DNA of 64,000 nucleotides from an uncultured Eubacteriales bacterium (GTDB lineage Bacteria; Bacillota; Clostridia; Oscillospirales; Oscillospiraceae): NCBI GenBank assembly GCA_900546415.1, contig URCY01000002.1, positions 605 to 64,604 of the forward strand, read 5' to 3'. Shown piece by piece: positions 57,052 to 64,000 of this stretch (position 1 is its first letter; each line of letters starts with the position of its first letter). The notes under the pieces were generated by a model. It saw only the letters and a program-made list of their open reading frames with translations, ran no database searches and was not told where the DNA came from. The position numbers and the translations under genes were made by a program.

Positions 57052-57447
57052 ATGAAGAAGCAAACCAAACGGGGACGCTCCGTGATCCGGCCGCTGACCG
57101 TGCAGCTCCTGATCGCCGCGCCGGTTCTGACGCTGCTGCTCTGTCTGGCAGTCGCGCGGCTGATCCTGTCCGGCGTCGTGCCTGAGGAACGCATCACGCT
57201 CTGCGCGTCCGCGATTGCCGGCATCACCGGTTTTTTGCTGAGCCTTTATTGCGGCGTGCGCGTGCCGCAGAAGCGGCTGCTCTGGGGCATGGTAGCGGCT
57301 GCGGGCTATGCGCTGCTGCTCCTGATCGGCAACCAGTTCTTTTTCGGGATGCCGTATTCCGGCGTCGCGGCGTGCCTTGGCACAATTTTTGCCGGAGGCC
57401 TTTTGGGCAGTCTGCTCAGCTCGGTTCGCAGGCAAAAATACGCCTGA
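57052..57447 (+). CDS. Small integral membrane protein (TIGR04086-like, ~4 TM)
   Basis: 131 aa with four hydrophobic segments. GGGGAGGGGGG ribosome-binding site. Confidence 0.55.
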   Translation: MKKQTKRGRSVIRPLTVQLLIAAPVLTLLLCLAVARLILSGVVPEERITLCASAIAGITGFLLSLYCGVRVPQKRLLWGMVAAAGYALLLLIGNQFFFGMPYSGVAACLGTIFAGGLLGSLLSSVRRQKYA

Positions 57448-57511
57448 ATCGGTTTCGGACAATTGCAGGAAAACTTGCAAAATTCCGAAACCACAAAATC
57501 GTGCGTCGAAA

Positions 57512-57550
57512 AAAACCGCCTCCACTACATTTTGTGGAGGCGGTTTTTTG
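57512..57550 (+). terminator. Rho-independent terminator (second of two tandem hairpins)
   Basis: aaaaccgcctccac...gtggaggcggtttttt. A preceding hairpin lies at 57451–57493. Confidence 0.75.
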
Positions 57551-57650
57551 CCTTGCATGTGCACATGTGGGCAGTTGCTTGGTTTACATAATGTTGTTTA
57601 CATAAAATATGTGCATAATGAACAAATTTTGAACGGAGCATAAAAAAGTA

Positions 57651-57679
57651 TTGAAAAACAGTAATTTTTGCGCTATAGT
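57651..57679 (+). promoter_or_regulatory. Sigma-A promoter inside the AT-rich island upstream of the Xer recombinase gene
   Basis: TTGAAA, 17-nt spacer, TATAGT. Confidence 0.5.
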
Positions 57680-57799
57680 AGTGATTACAGCGAATCAAAA
57701 GTTTGTAAAAATCCTGTTTTTACCATAATTTGTGTTTCTTGTGTCCGGTATACACAATATCTTGATTCCGAGTTTTTGCGAAAGGGGTGCGGCAAACAA

Positions 57800-58687
57800 A
57801 TGGCTGATCTGGTCACTGCTTACGAGAGCTTTCTTCTGAATATCCGGCACGCTTCGGCAAACACCGTTTCGTCGTACCTGCGCGACGTGCGCCAGTTCTC
57901 GGACTATCTGACTGCCCACGGGGAGGCGCCGCTGGAGCGCGTGGATCGTGCGTGCGTCTGCCGCTACACGCAGCACCTGACGCAGGACGGCAAGTCCCCG
58001 GCGACCGTTGCCCGCTGCGTCGCCTCGCTCAAGAGCTTCTACCGTTATTGCGTCTCTGAGGGTCTTACGCCGGAAAATCCGGTGCGCTCGATCCCGCAGC
58101 AGAAGTCCGAAAAGAAGCTGCCGCAGATCCTGACCGGACGGGAGGTCGAGCTGCTGCTCGAGCAGCCGAAATGCGTCGATTGCAAGGGCTATCGCGACAA
58201 GGCCATGCTCGAAACGCTCTATGCCACCGGTATGCGCGTCAGCGAGCTGATCTCCCTGAACGTCACGGACGTCAGCCTTGCGGGGGCCTTTGTCAAATGC
58301 AGCGGAACGGGCGGAAAATACCGCATCATCCCGCTCTATCCCGCTGCCGTGAGCGCTCTGACGGCCTATCTGACCGAGATCCGCCCGAGAATGGTCGCAG
58401 ACCCGGAGGAATCCAGTCTGTTCGTCAATATGAGCGGCGAGCGCATGACCCGGCAGGGCTTCTGGAAGATCATCAAGCGCTATCAGGAGTCCGCGCAGAT
58501 CAGCAAGGACATCACGCCGCACACTCTGCGCCACAGCTTCGCGGCGCACCTGCTCGAAAACGGCGCAGACATTCGCTCCCTGCAGGAGATGCTCGGCCAC
58601 AGCGACGTTTCCTCAACGCAGATCTACACGCAGGTCGTCAAGCAGAACCTCAAGACCGTCTATAACAAGTTTCACCCGCGTGCCTAG
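57800..58687 (+). CDS. Tyrosine site-specific recombinase, XerC/XerD family
   Basis: N-terminal core-binding domain (LSYLRDVRQF). C-terminal catalytic region RHSFA...HLLENGADIRSLQEMLGHSDVSSTQIYTQV with the catalytic Tyr. Confidence 0.85.
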   Translation: MADLVTAYESFLLNIRHASANTVSSYLRDVRQFSDYLTAHGEAPLERVDRACVCRYTQHLTQDGKSPATVARCVASLKSFYRYCVSEGLTPENPVRSIPQQKSEKKLPQILTGREVELLLEQPKCVDCKGYRDKAMLETLYATGMRVSELISLNVTDVSLAGAFVKCSGTGGKYRIIPLYPAAVSALTAYLTEIRPRMVADPEESSLFVNMSGERMTRQGFWKIIKRYQESAQISKDITPHTLRHSFAAHLLENGADIRSLQEMLGHSDVSSTQIYTQVVKQNLKTVYNKFHPRA

Positions 58688-58722
58688 GGAATCTCTGAAT
58701 CAATCGGCAGCGGCGCTCAGCG
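58687..58722. repeat. MITE-like repeat, copy D (truncated; left TIR plus core only)
   Basis: GGGAATCTCTGAATCAATCGGCAGCGGCGCTCAGCG. The preceding TA is part of the recombinase TAG stop codon. Overlaps the 3' end of the convergent hypothetical gene. Confidence 0.55.
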
Positions 58723-59340
58723 CGCCAGACGCGCGAATTCCTGCCGCAGAACGAACACGGCCGTGCAGCCGAAGCGTTCTGCGGCTTTTGCTTTTTGCAG
58801 AAGCGTTGCGCGCGTGTCAAAATAGCGGCCGTTTTCCAGCATACAGCAGGCGTTCGGGATCGCGCGCCGTGCGCGGCAGGGGAGTGCACACGGCAGCCTC
58901 GCCGGGATCAGCTCCAGCGCCCACGCTCCGCCGCACCGCGCCGACGCGTCTTGGCAGAAGCGCTCCCAGCAATTCGGAATGCCCCACACGCTGACGACCG
59001 GAACGACGTCTCGCTGCCCCACGCAGGCGCGTTCGGGGAGAAAGAGCGGCGCTTTCTCCGGGCGGATCGTGCGCAGCGCGGTCAGAAGCGACTGCGTCCG
59101 CGCGCAGACCGTCCGCTCCAGATCGCAGAAAACGCCGTTTTTCAAATAAGGCCTCAGAGGTGCAAGCTCCGGCAGACGCTCCGGGAGCACGCGATCGTCG
59201 AGCACGCAGAGCGCGTCCCTTTGCGGCCGCTCCGGCAGACGCAGCGCGCCGTCCGCCGAAAATCCGAAGCCCATTTGTGCAAATTGCCCGCCCTCCGGCG
59301 GCATTTTTTCCGGATCGGCATAATAGAAGAGAATTGACAA
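58717..59340 (-). CDS. Hypothetical protein (207 aa, Cys-rich, no recognised motif); TTG start
   Basis: GGAGG ribosome-binding site 8 nt before the TTG. Good coding periodicity. Confidence 0.45.
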   Translation of the reverse strand: MSILFYYADPEKMPPEGGQFAQMGFGFSADGALRLPERPQRDALCVLDDRVLPERLPELAPLRPYLKNGVFCDLERTVCARTQSLLTALRTIRPEKAPLFLPERACVGQRDVVPVVSVWGIPNCWERFCQDASARCGGAWALELIPARLPCALPCRARRAIPNACCMLENGRYFDTRATLLQKAKAAERFGCTAVFVLRQEFARLAR

Positions 59341-59403
59341 TAGACAAACCTCCGTTTCGGTGGTATAATGTCTCTATCATTTTATGAGATGGTAGAATGT
59401 ACT

Positions 59404-59904
59404 ATGCTTTCACTCTTGCCAAAGCTGCTCTGTGCGCGCCTGACCGATCTGACGCCCGGAGAGCTGACCCGACGCGGCATCGATCTGCTGCTGATGGATT
59501 TTGATAACACCATGCTTCCCTATACGACCGACCAGCCGGCCCCCGAGCTGCTGCGCTGGCTGGAGCAGATGCAGGCGGGCGGCGTCCGGCTCTGCATCGT
59601 CTCGAACAGCAGGAAGCTGCACCGCGTGCCCGTTTTTTCCGAAAAATACGGCGTTCCGTGCGTGATGCGCGCGAAAAAGCCCTTTCTGCGCGGCATCCGC
59701 GAGGCCATGACGCGCTTCGGCGCTTCGCGTGCGCAGACGGCGCTGGTCGGCGATCAGACCTACACCGACGTGCTCGGCGCGAATCTCGCCGGGATCATGT
59801 CGATCCAGGTTCGATCGATCTGCAATCATACAATCTGGTTAAAGCTGCGGCATCTTTTGGAGCTGCCGCCGCTTGCCTTTGCAAAAAAAACAGGAGGATA
59901 CACC
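59404..59904 (+). CDS. YqeG-family HAD phosphatase; no stop codon, reading continues in frame into the downstream aminopeptidase
   Basis: HAD motif I DLLLMDFDNTML, motif III VGDQTYTDVLGAN. Collinear with B. subtilis YqeG (~170 aa). Extended -10 TGGTATAAT at 59359–59367. Confidence 0.65.
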
Positions 59905-60969
59905 ATGACAAATCTTGAAAAATACCGCTCCGTCCTGACCGACGATGTGCAGGGTCTGTTCCTGACATCGCGCTACAGCCGCATGTACGCCGCCGAATTT
60001 GACATCGCCGAGGGCTATGCCATCGTCGCGCGGAACGGCGCCTATTACATCACCGACGGCCGCTATATCGAGTCGGCGCAGAAGAATATCCCCGGCTTCA
60101 CGGTCGTGGAATTCAGCGCAAGCCGTCCGCTGGCGACGGTCGTCAACGAGCTGCTCGCGAAGCTCGGGCTGCACACGCTCGGCTTCGAGGAGGATTATAC
60201 CACCGTCGGCGAGCTGCGCAGCTTTGAAGAGAGCTTCGACGCCGAATTCGTGCCGATCCAGAAGAAGATCAACGTCTTCCGCCACAGCAAGGAGAAATGG
60301 GAGCTGGAGCGTATGCAGCAGGCGCAGGACATCACCGACCGCGCCTTCACCGAGGTCTGCTCCCGCATCCATGAGGGCATGACGGAGAAGGAGCTTTGCG
60401 CCGAGCTGATCTACTGCCTGTACAAAAACGGCGCGGAGGGGCTGTCCTTCGACCCGATCGTCGTCTCCGGCCCGAACACCAGTATGCCGCACGGCGTCCC
60501 CGGCGACCGCAGGCTGCAAAAGGGCGATTTCATCACCATGGATTTCGGCGTGCTCTATCGCGGCTATTGCTCCGACATGACGCGCACGGTTGCGCTCGGC
60601 CATGCCACGGAGAAGATGCGCGAGGTTTATCAGACCGTGCTGAAGGCGCAGCTTGCCGGGCTGGCCGTCTCGAAGGCCGGCGTTTCCGGCAAAGCCGTTG
60701 ACGCGGCGGCGCGCGACGTCATCACCGAGGCGGGCTACGGCGCTTATTTCACCCACAGCTACGGTCACAGCCTCGGCCTGGAGATCCACGAGGCGCCGAA
60801 CTGCAACACGCGCAACGATCTGCCGATCCCGCTGCACGCGGTCGTTTCGGCCGAGCCGGGCATCTATATCCCCGGCGAATTCGGCGTCCGCATCGAGGAC
60901 GTCGCCGTCTTTGAGGAAAACGGCTGCCGAATTCTGACGAAAAGTCCGAAAGAATTGATGATTCTTTAA
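59905..60969 (+). CDS. Xaa-Pro aminopeptidase (M24B; PapA/YqhT-like)
   Basis: Creatinase N-terminal domain followed by the M24 pita-bread domain (HGVPG, DFG..Y..Y.SD.TRT, HSLGLE.HE, GIYIPGEFGVRIED). Its own AGGAGG ribosome-binding site lies 7 nt upstream. Conserved synteny with efp downstream. Confidence 0.85.
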   Translation: MTNLEKYRSVLTDDVQGLFLTSRYSRMYAAEFDIAEGYAIVARNGAYYITDGRYIESAQKNIPGFTVVEFSASRPLATVVNELLAKLGLHTLGFEEDYTTVGELRSFEESFDAEFVPIQKKINVFRHSKEKWELERMQQAQDITDRAFTEVCSRIHEGMTEKELCAELIYCLYKNGAEGLSFDPIVVSGPNTSMPHGVPGDRRLQKGDFITMDFGVLYRGYCSDMTRTVALGHATEKMREVYQTVLKAQLAGLAVSKAGVSGKAVDAAARDVITEAGYGAYFTHSYGHSLGLEIHEAPNCNTRNDLPIPLHAVVSAEPGIYIPGEFGVRIEDVAVFEENGCRILTKSPKELMIL

Positions 60970-60987
60970 GATTTTTCCGTCAGGCAC

Positions 60988-61016
60988 TTGCAATTTGCGG
61001 TCTTATCGGTTAAAAT
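60988..61016 (+). promoter_or_regulatory. Sigma-A promoter of efp
   Basis: TTGCAA, 17-nt spacer, TAAAAT. Confidence 0.55.
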
Positions 61017-61081
61017 AAGCTTGTATCTCTGAGTAAATACGTATTGCAATCTCTCTCGAGAGAAAAAATAGGAGGAAAAAT

Positions 61082-61645
61082 ATGATTTCTGTCAGTGATT
61101 TTAGAAACGGCGTTACCTTTGATATGGATGGCAAGGTCATGCAGATCATCGAGTTCCAGCATGTCAAGCCCGGCAAGGGTGCCGCGTTCGTCCGCGTGAA
61201 GATGCGCAACGTCATCACCGGCGGCGTGACCGAAACGACCTTCAACCCGAACGATAAGTATCCGACCGCTTATATCGAGCGCAAGAAGATGGACTATTCC
61301 TATAAGGATGGCGATCTTTACTACTTCATGGACAACGAGACCTACGAGATGACCCCGGTCAACGCTGACATTCTCGACAGCAGCTTCCGCTTCGTGAAGG
61401 AAAACGACCAGTGCACCGTTCTGTCCTATAAGGGCAGCGTGTTCAGCGTCGAGGCGCCGAACTTCGTCGACCTTGAGGTCACCAAGACCGAGCCGGGTCT
61501 GGCTGGCAACACCGCCACCAACACCCTCAAGCCCGCAACGCTCGAGACCGGCGCCGAGGTCAAGGTGCCGCTCTTCATCAACGAAGGCGACCGCATCAAC
61601 ATCGACACCCGCACCGGTGAATATCTGGGTCGCTCCAAGAACTGA
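61082..61645 (+). CDS. efp: Elongation factor P
   Basis: MISVSDFRNGVTFDMDGKV...KPGKGAAFVRVKMRN. 187 aa. Confidence 0.95.
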   Translation: MISVSDFRNGVTFDMDGKVMQIIEFQHVKPGKGAAFVRVKMRNVITGGVTETTFNPNDKYPTAYIERKKMDYSYKDGDLYYFMDNETYEMTPVNADILDSSFRFVKENDQCTVLSYKGSVFSVEAPNFVDLEVTKTEPGLAGNTATNTLKPATLETGAEVKVPLFINEGDRINIDTRTGEYLGRSKN

Positions 61646-61670
61646 TTTGCCGAAACGAAAGGAGAACGAC

Positions 61671-62123
61671 ATGACTCTCTCTGAAAAATCCGCTTACCTC
61701 AAGGGTCTGATGGACGGGCTGAAGCTCGACACCGAAAAGCCCGAGGGCCAGATGATCTCCGGGATCGTCGAGCTGCTGCAGGGCATGACCTCCGCGATCT
61801 CCGATCTCGAGGAAAACGCCATTGCCGTTTCCGACGAGCTGGATGAGATCGAGGACGATCTCGACGCCATTGAGGAATTCCTGATGGACGACGAGGACGA
61901 AGACGACGACGAGGATGACGACGACGCATACGACTTTACCGATGACGACGGCGAAGACTTTGATTATGACGAAGATGTCATGTATGACGTGACTTGCCCG
62001 AAATGCGGCAACGAGATGCAGCTCACGGAAGACGAGCTGCTCAACGAGCCGTATAAATGCCCGAAATGCGGCGAGCCGCTTGAGTTCGAGTTCGACGAGG
62101 ACGACGAGGACGACGAGGGCTGA
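61671..62123 (+). CDS. Acidic protein with a C-terminal zinc-ribbon (CD1247-N-domain-like)
   Basis: Asp/Glu-rich central region. CPKCGNEMQL...CPKCGEP zinc ribbon. AGGAG ribosome-binding site. Confidence 0.55.
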   Translation: MTLSEKSAYLKGLMDGLKLDTEKPEGQMISGIVELLQGMTSAISDLEENAIAVSDELDEIEDDLDAIEEFLMDDEDEDDDEDDDDAYDFTDDDGEDFDYDEDVMYDVTCPKCGNEMQLTEDELLNEPYKCPKCGEPLEFEFDEDDEDDEG

Positions 62124-62138
62124 TTCTGTGCTTCCGGC

Positions 62139-62174
62139 TCCCCTGAGCGCCTGCGCGCCCAGGGGAGTTTTTTC
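62139..62174 (+). terminator. Rho-independent terminator
   Basis: ctcccctg...caggggag followed by tttttt. Confidence 0.7.
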
Positions 62175-62227
62175 GGCCGTCGGCACGGATCGGGCGCCGC
62201 AGACATAGGATGTGCCGGGGGATCTTT

Positions 62228-62401
62228 ATGAGGGAACGCTGCGAACGTCTGCTCTGCGTGAAGTCCATTGTGACGCTCTCGCTCACGGCGATTTTCTGCG
62301 TGCTGGCGCTGCGGGAAAAAGTCGACGCCAGTCAGTTTCTGACGACGTTTTCCATCGTCATTTCGTTCTACTTCGGCACGCAGCACGAGCGCGGAACGTG
62401 A
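62228..62401 (+). CDS. Possible small two-TM membrane protein (57 aa)
   Basis: Only an ORF with two hydrophobic segments and a weak GGGGGA ribosome-binding site; no homology cues. Confidence 0.25.
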   Translation: MRERCERLLCVKSIVTLSLTAIFCVLALREKVDASQFLTTFSIVISFYFGTQHERGT

Positions 62402-62462
62402 ATCCGCAGGGGGGAAGCGCCGCCGAGTCGCTGCCGAATGCGGTGCTTCCCCAGACTTTCCC

Positions 62463-62491
62463 TTGACACTCCGCGCTGCTTGCGGTATACT
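62463..62491 (+). promoter_or_regulatory. Sigma-A promoter of the femAB-family gene
   Basis: TTGACA, 17-nt spacer, TATACT. Confidence 0.55.
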
Positions 62492-62526
62492 ATTACGGAA
62501 TCTAAGGAAAAGAGCTTTGGAACATC

Positions 62527-63546
62527 ATGATTGAATATATCGACATTGACCACGCGCAGGAGATGGACGAATTCGTCCGTCAGCACGAATATGCGCACTT
62601 TATGCAGACCTCGCTCTGGGGGCGTGTGAAAAAGGACTGGGGCTGGCACGGCGTGATCTGCCGCGCCGAGGACGGCTCGATCCGCGGCACGATGGCGCTG
62701 CTCGAGCACAAGGTGCATTATTTCAAGACCGGCCTGCTCTATGCGCCGCGCGGCCCGATCGTCGCGCCGGATGATTTTTCCACGCTTGAGGAGCTGATCG
62801 ACGCTGGCAGGCAGCTTGCCAAGAAGCGCGGTGACTATGTGTTCCGCTTCGATCCGCGCATTGAGGAGCAGAACACCGCGTTCTCCGATGAGGTCAGGCG
62901 CCTCGGCTTCACGCAGGACATGGCCTCGGACTATTCGCTGTTCCAGCCGCGCATGTGCTATGTGACCGATCTGCAGGGGCTGACCAAGGACGCGCTGCTG
63001 GCGAAATATCGCCGCTCTACGCGCTATAACGTCCGTCTGGCCGAGCGGCGCGGCGTGACCGTGCGCGTCGGCACGCTGGACGACCTGCCCGAGTTCCACC
63101 GGATGATGAAGATCACGGCCGCGAAGGATCATTTTGAGGCGCGTCCGTATCAGTATTTCGTCGATTTTCTGACCGGATTGGGCGACGCCGCGCGGCTTTA
63201 CATCGCCGAAAAGGACGGAAAGGCCGTCGCCGCGACGATCTCGACCGAGTATGGCAACCGTATGTGGCACATGTACGGCTGCTCGGACACGGCCTGTCTG
63301 TCCGACCGGCCGAACGAGCTGCTGCAATGGGCGATGCAGTCCCACGCGATTGACGCCGGGATCCGTTATTTTGACTATCGCGGCGTCGAGGGCTACCCGG
63401 TCGAGGACAATCCCAAGTACGGCCTGCATGACTATAAGCAGGGCTTCGGTGCGGAGTTTCACTCCTATGTCGGCCAGTTTGACACGACCGTTCGTCCGGT
63501 CATGAAAAAGCTCGTCCTGACGCTCCAAAAATTCTATCACAGATAA
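62527..63546 (+). CDS. FemAB-family peptidoglycan interpeptide-bridge aminoacyltransferase
   Basis: 339 aa. FemABX-type fold features (HFMQTSLWG, YAPRGPI, second GNAT-like half). Confidence 0.75.
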   Translation: MIEYIDIDHAQEMDEFVRQHEYAHFMQTSLWGRVKKDWGWHGVICRAEDGSIRGTMALLEHKVHYFKTGLLYAPRGPIVAPDDFSTLEELIDAGRQLAKKRGDYVFRFDPRIEEQNTAFSDEVRRLGFTQDMASDYSLFQPRMCYVTDLQGLTKDALLAKYRRSTRYNVRLAERRGVTVRVGTLDDLPEFHRMMKITAAKDHFEARPYQYFVDFLTGLGDAARLYIAEKDGKAVAATISTEYGNRMWHMYGCSDTACLSDRPNELLQWAMQSHAIDAGIRYFDYRGVEGYPVEDNPKYGLHDYKQGFGAEFHSYVGQFDTTVRPVMKKLVLTLQKFYHR

Positions 63547-63548
63547 AA

Positions 63549-63592
63549 CGCAGCAACGCGGAGCCGATTTTTTCGGTTCCGCGTTGCTTTGT
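63549..63592. terminator. Bidirectional terminator
   Basis: cagcaacgcggagccg attttttcg gttccgcgttgct. Confidence 0.6.
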
Positions 63593-63611
63593 CGAGATCC
63601 TGTTTTGTGTG

Positions 63612-64000
63612 TTATTTGCTCCGTCTGCGGCGCTTGGGACGCAGCTCCTTGGCGGCCCTGCGCAGGTCGTGCTTGCGCATCTGGTTGTCAAAGATCAGCC
63701 GGAAGAAATACATCAGCGTCGGACAGGCGAGGATCAGAATGATGAGCGTCAGCAGACACGGTGTATGGATCGCCTGCACCTCAAAGAAGGAGGGCATCAC
63801 CGTCAGCGCTCCGATCATAAGCGCCAGCATCGCGGCAAGCACCGCAACGCGCAGCTTGGTGAAGGGCTGCGAGACATAGAACAGCGTCATAAAGCCGACG
63901 GAGGCGACGATCCACATTGCCATTGTGCTCAGGTCCTCCGGGCACTTGAACATGTCGCTCAGGAAGGCCGCCAGCAGCACAAGAATGATGTTGGTCAGGC
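63612..64000 (-). CDS. Integral membrane protein with a basic C-terminal tail; 5' end lies beyond the window
   Basis: Open frame continues to the window edge. At least three TM segments and a KELRPKRRRRSK tail. Confidence 0.45.
   Translation of the reverse strand, partial: LTNIILVLLAAFLSDMFKCPEDLSTMAMWIVASVGFMTLFYVSQPFTKLRVAVLAAMLALMIGALTVMPSFFEVQAIHTPCLLTLIILILACPTLMYFFRLIFDNQMRKHDLRRAAKELRPKRRRRSK

Noticed and set aside
57800-58687. Prophage or integrative-element integrase
   Set aside because: The sequence has the typical XerC/XerD two-domain architecture and motifs, and no phage, conjugation or cargo genes flank it. The adjacent AT-rich island is therefore reported only as a candidate Xer site.
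1-64000. tRNA or rRNA genes
   Set aside because: All intergenic regions were inspected and none has the length or cloverleaf features (for example GTTCGAAT T-loop) of a tRNA, and there are no rRNA-like stretches.

Overview
This is a 64-kb chromosomal window from a high-GC (~65%) Firmicutes/Clostridia-type genome. The phylum call rests on Prp-processed L27, YqeG, FemAB, LCP, SLH-domain proteins and papA–efp synteny. Coding density is high, and most genes have Shine-Dalgarno sites and near-consensus sigma-A promoters (TTGaca/TTGcaa, 17-nt spacer, TAtaat). No rRNA, tRNA or CRISPR arrays were seen.

Content in order along the window:
- Polar amino-acid ABC importer, 5' partial (1–2225).
- HgdB-like and double-ATPase 'activase' pair (2423–6554), followed by plsY and a DUF1963 protein.
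- Minus-strand psuK-like PfkB kinase with a stand-alone TrpF-like isomerase (8125–9769), and an Fe-dependent alcohol dehydrogenase.
- A cell-surface / uptake island (11.2–25.6 kb). It holds a 1630-aa LRR protein with 3 SLH domains on the minus strand, then a five-gene translationally coupled plus-strand operon: FecB-type lipoprotein substrate-binding protein, secreted Asn/Gly-repeat protein, ExbB/TolQ-like channel, ExbD/TolR-like subunit and a 1243-aa GLUG-repeat protein with 3 SLH domains. The cognate FecCD permease and FecE ATPase are convergent on the minus strand.
- Housekeeping genes: LCP, gluQ, CBS, M23 peptidase, apbE, rplU-prp-rpmA, GNAT, obg, AcnX, OYE reductase, ldh, dapA, queA, tgt, yajC.
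- A 13.4-kb minus-strand FAS/type-II-PKS-like biosynthetic cluster (43.2–56.6 kb): PPTase, two hotdog thioesterases, FabD, FabG, ACP, FabZ, a GcvT-like protein, a fused KS–CLF, a GT1 glycosyltransferase, a flavodoxin-like reductase, an ABC-2 exporter and a GNAT-fusion protein.
- A TIGR04086-like membrane protein, a Xer-type recombinase behind an AT-rich island, a YqeG phosphatase fused in frame to an M24 aminopeptidase, efp, an acidic zinc-ribbon protein, FemAB and a partial membrane protein.

The most notable observations are:
- a TonB-less ExbB/ExbD-like proton-channel pair embedded between SLH-anchored giant surface proteins and a split Fec-type ABC importer;
- a new ~65–98-bp TIR-bearing MITE-like repeat family (4 copies, TA target duplications);
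- an uncharacterised glycolipid/polyketide-like BGC with a KS–CLF fusion, a GcvT-like enzyme and apparent AUU/AUC starts;
- a PsuK kinase paired with a TrpF-like isomerase instead of PsuG.
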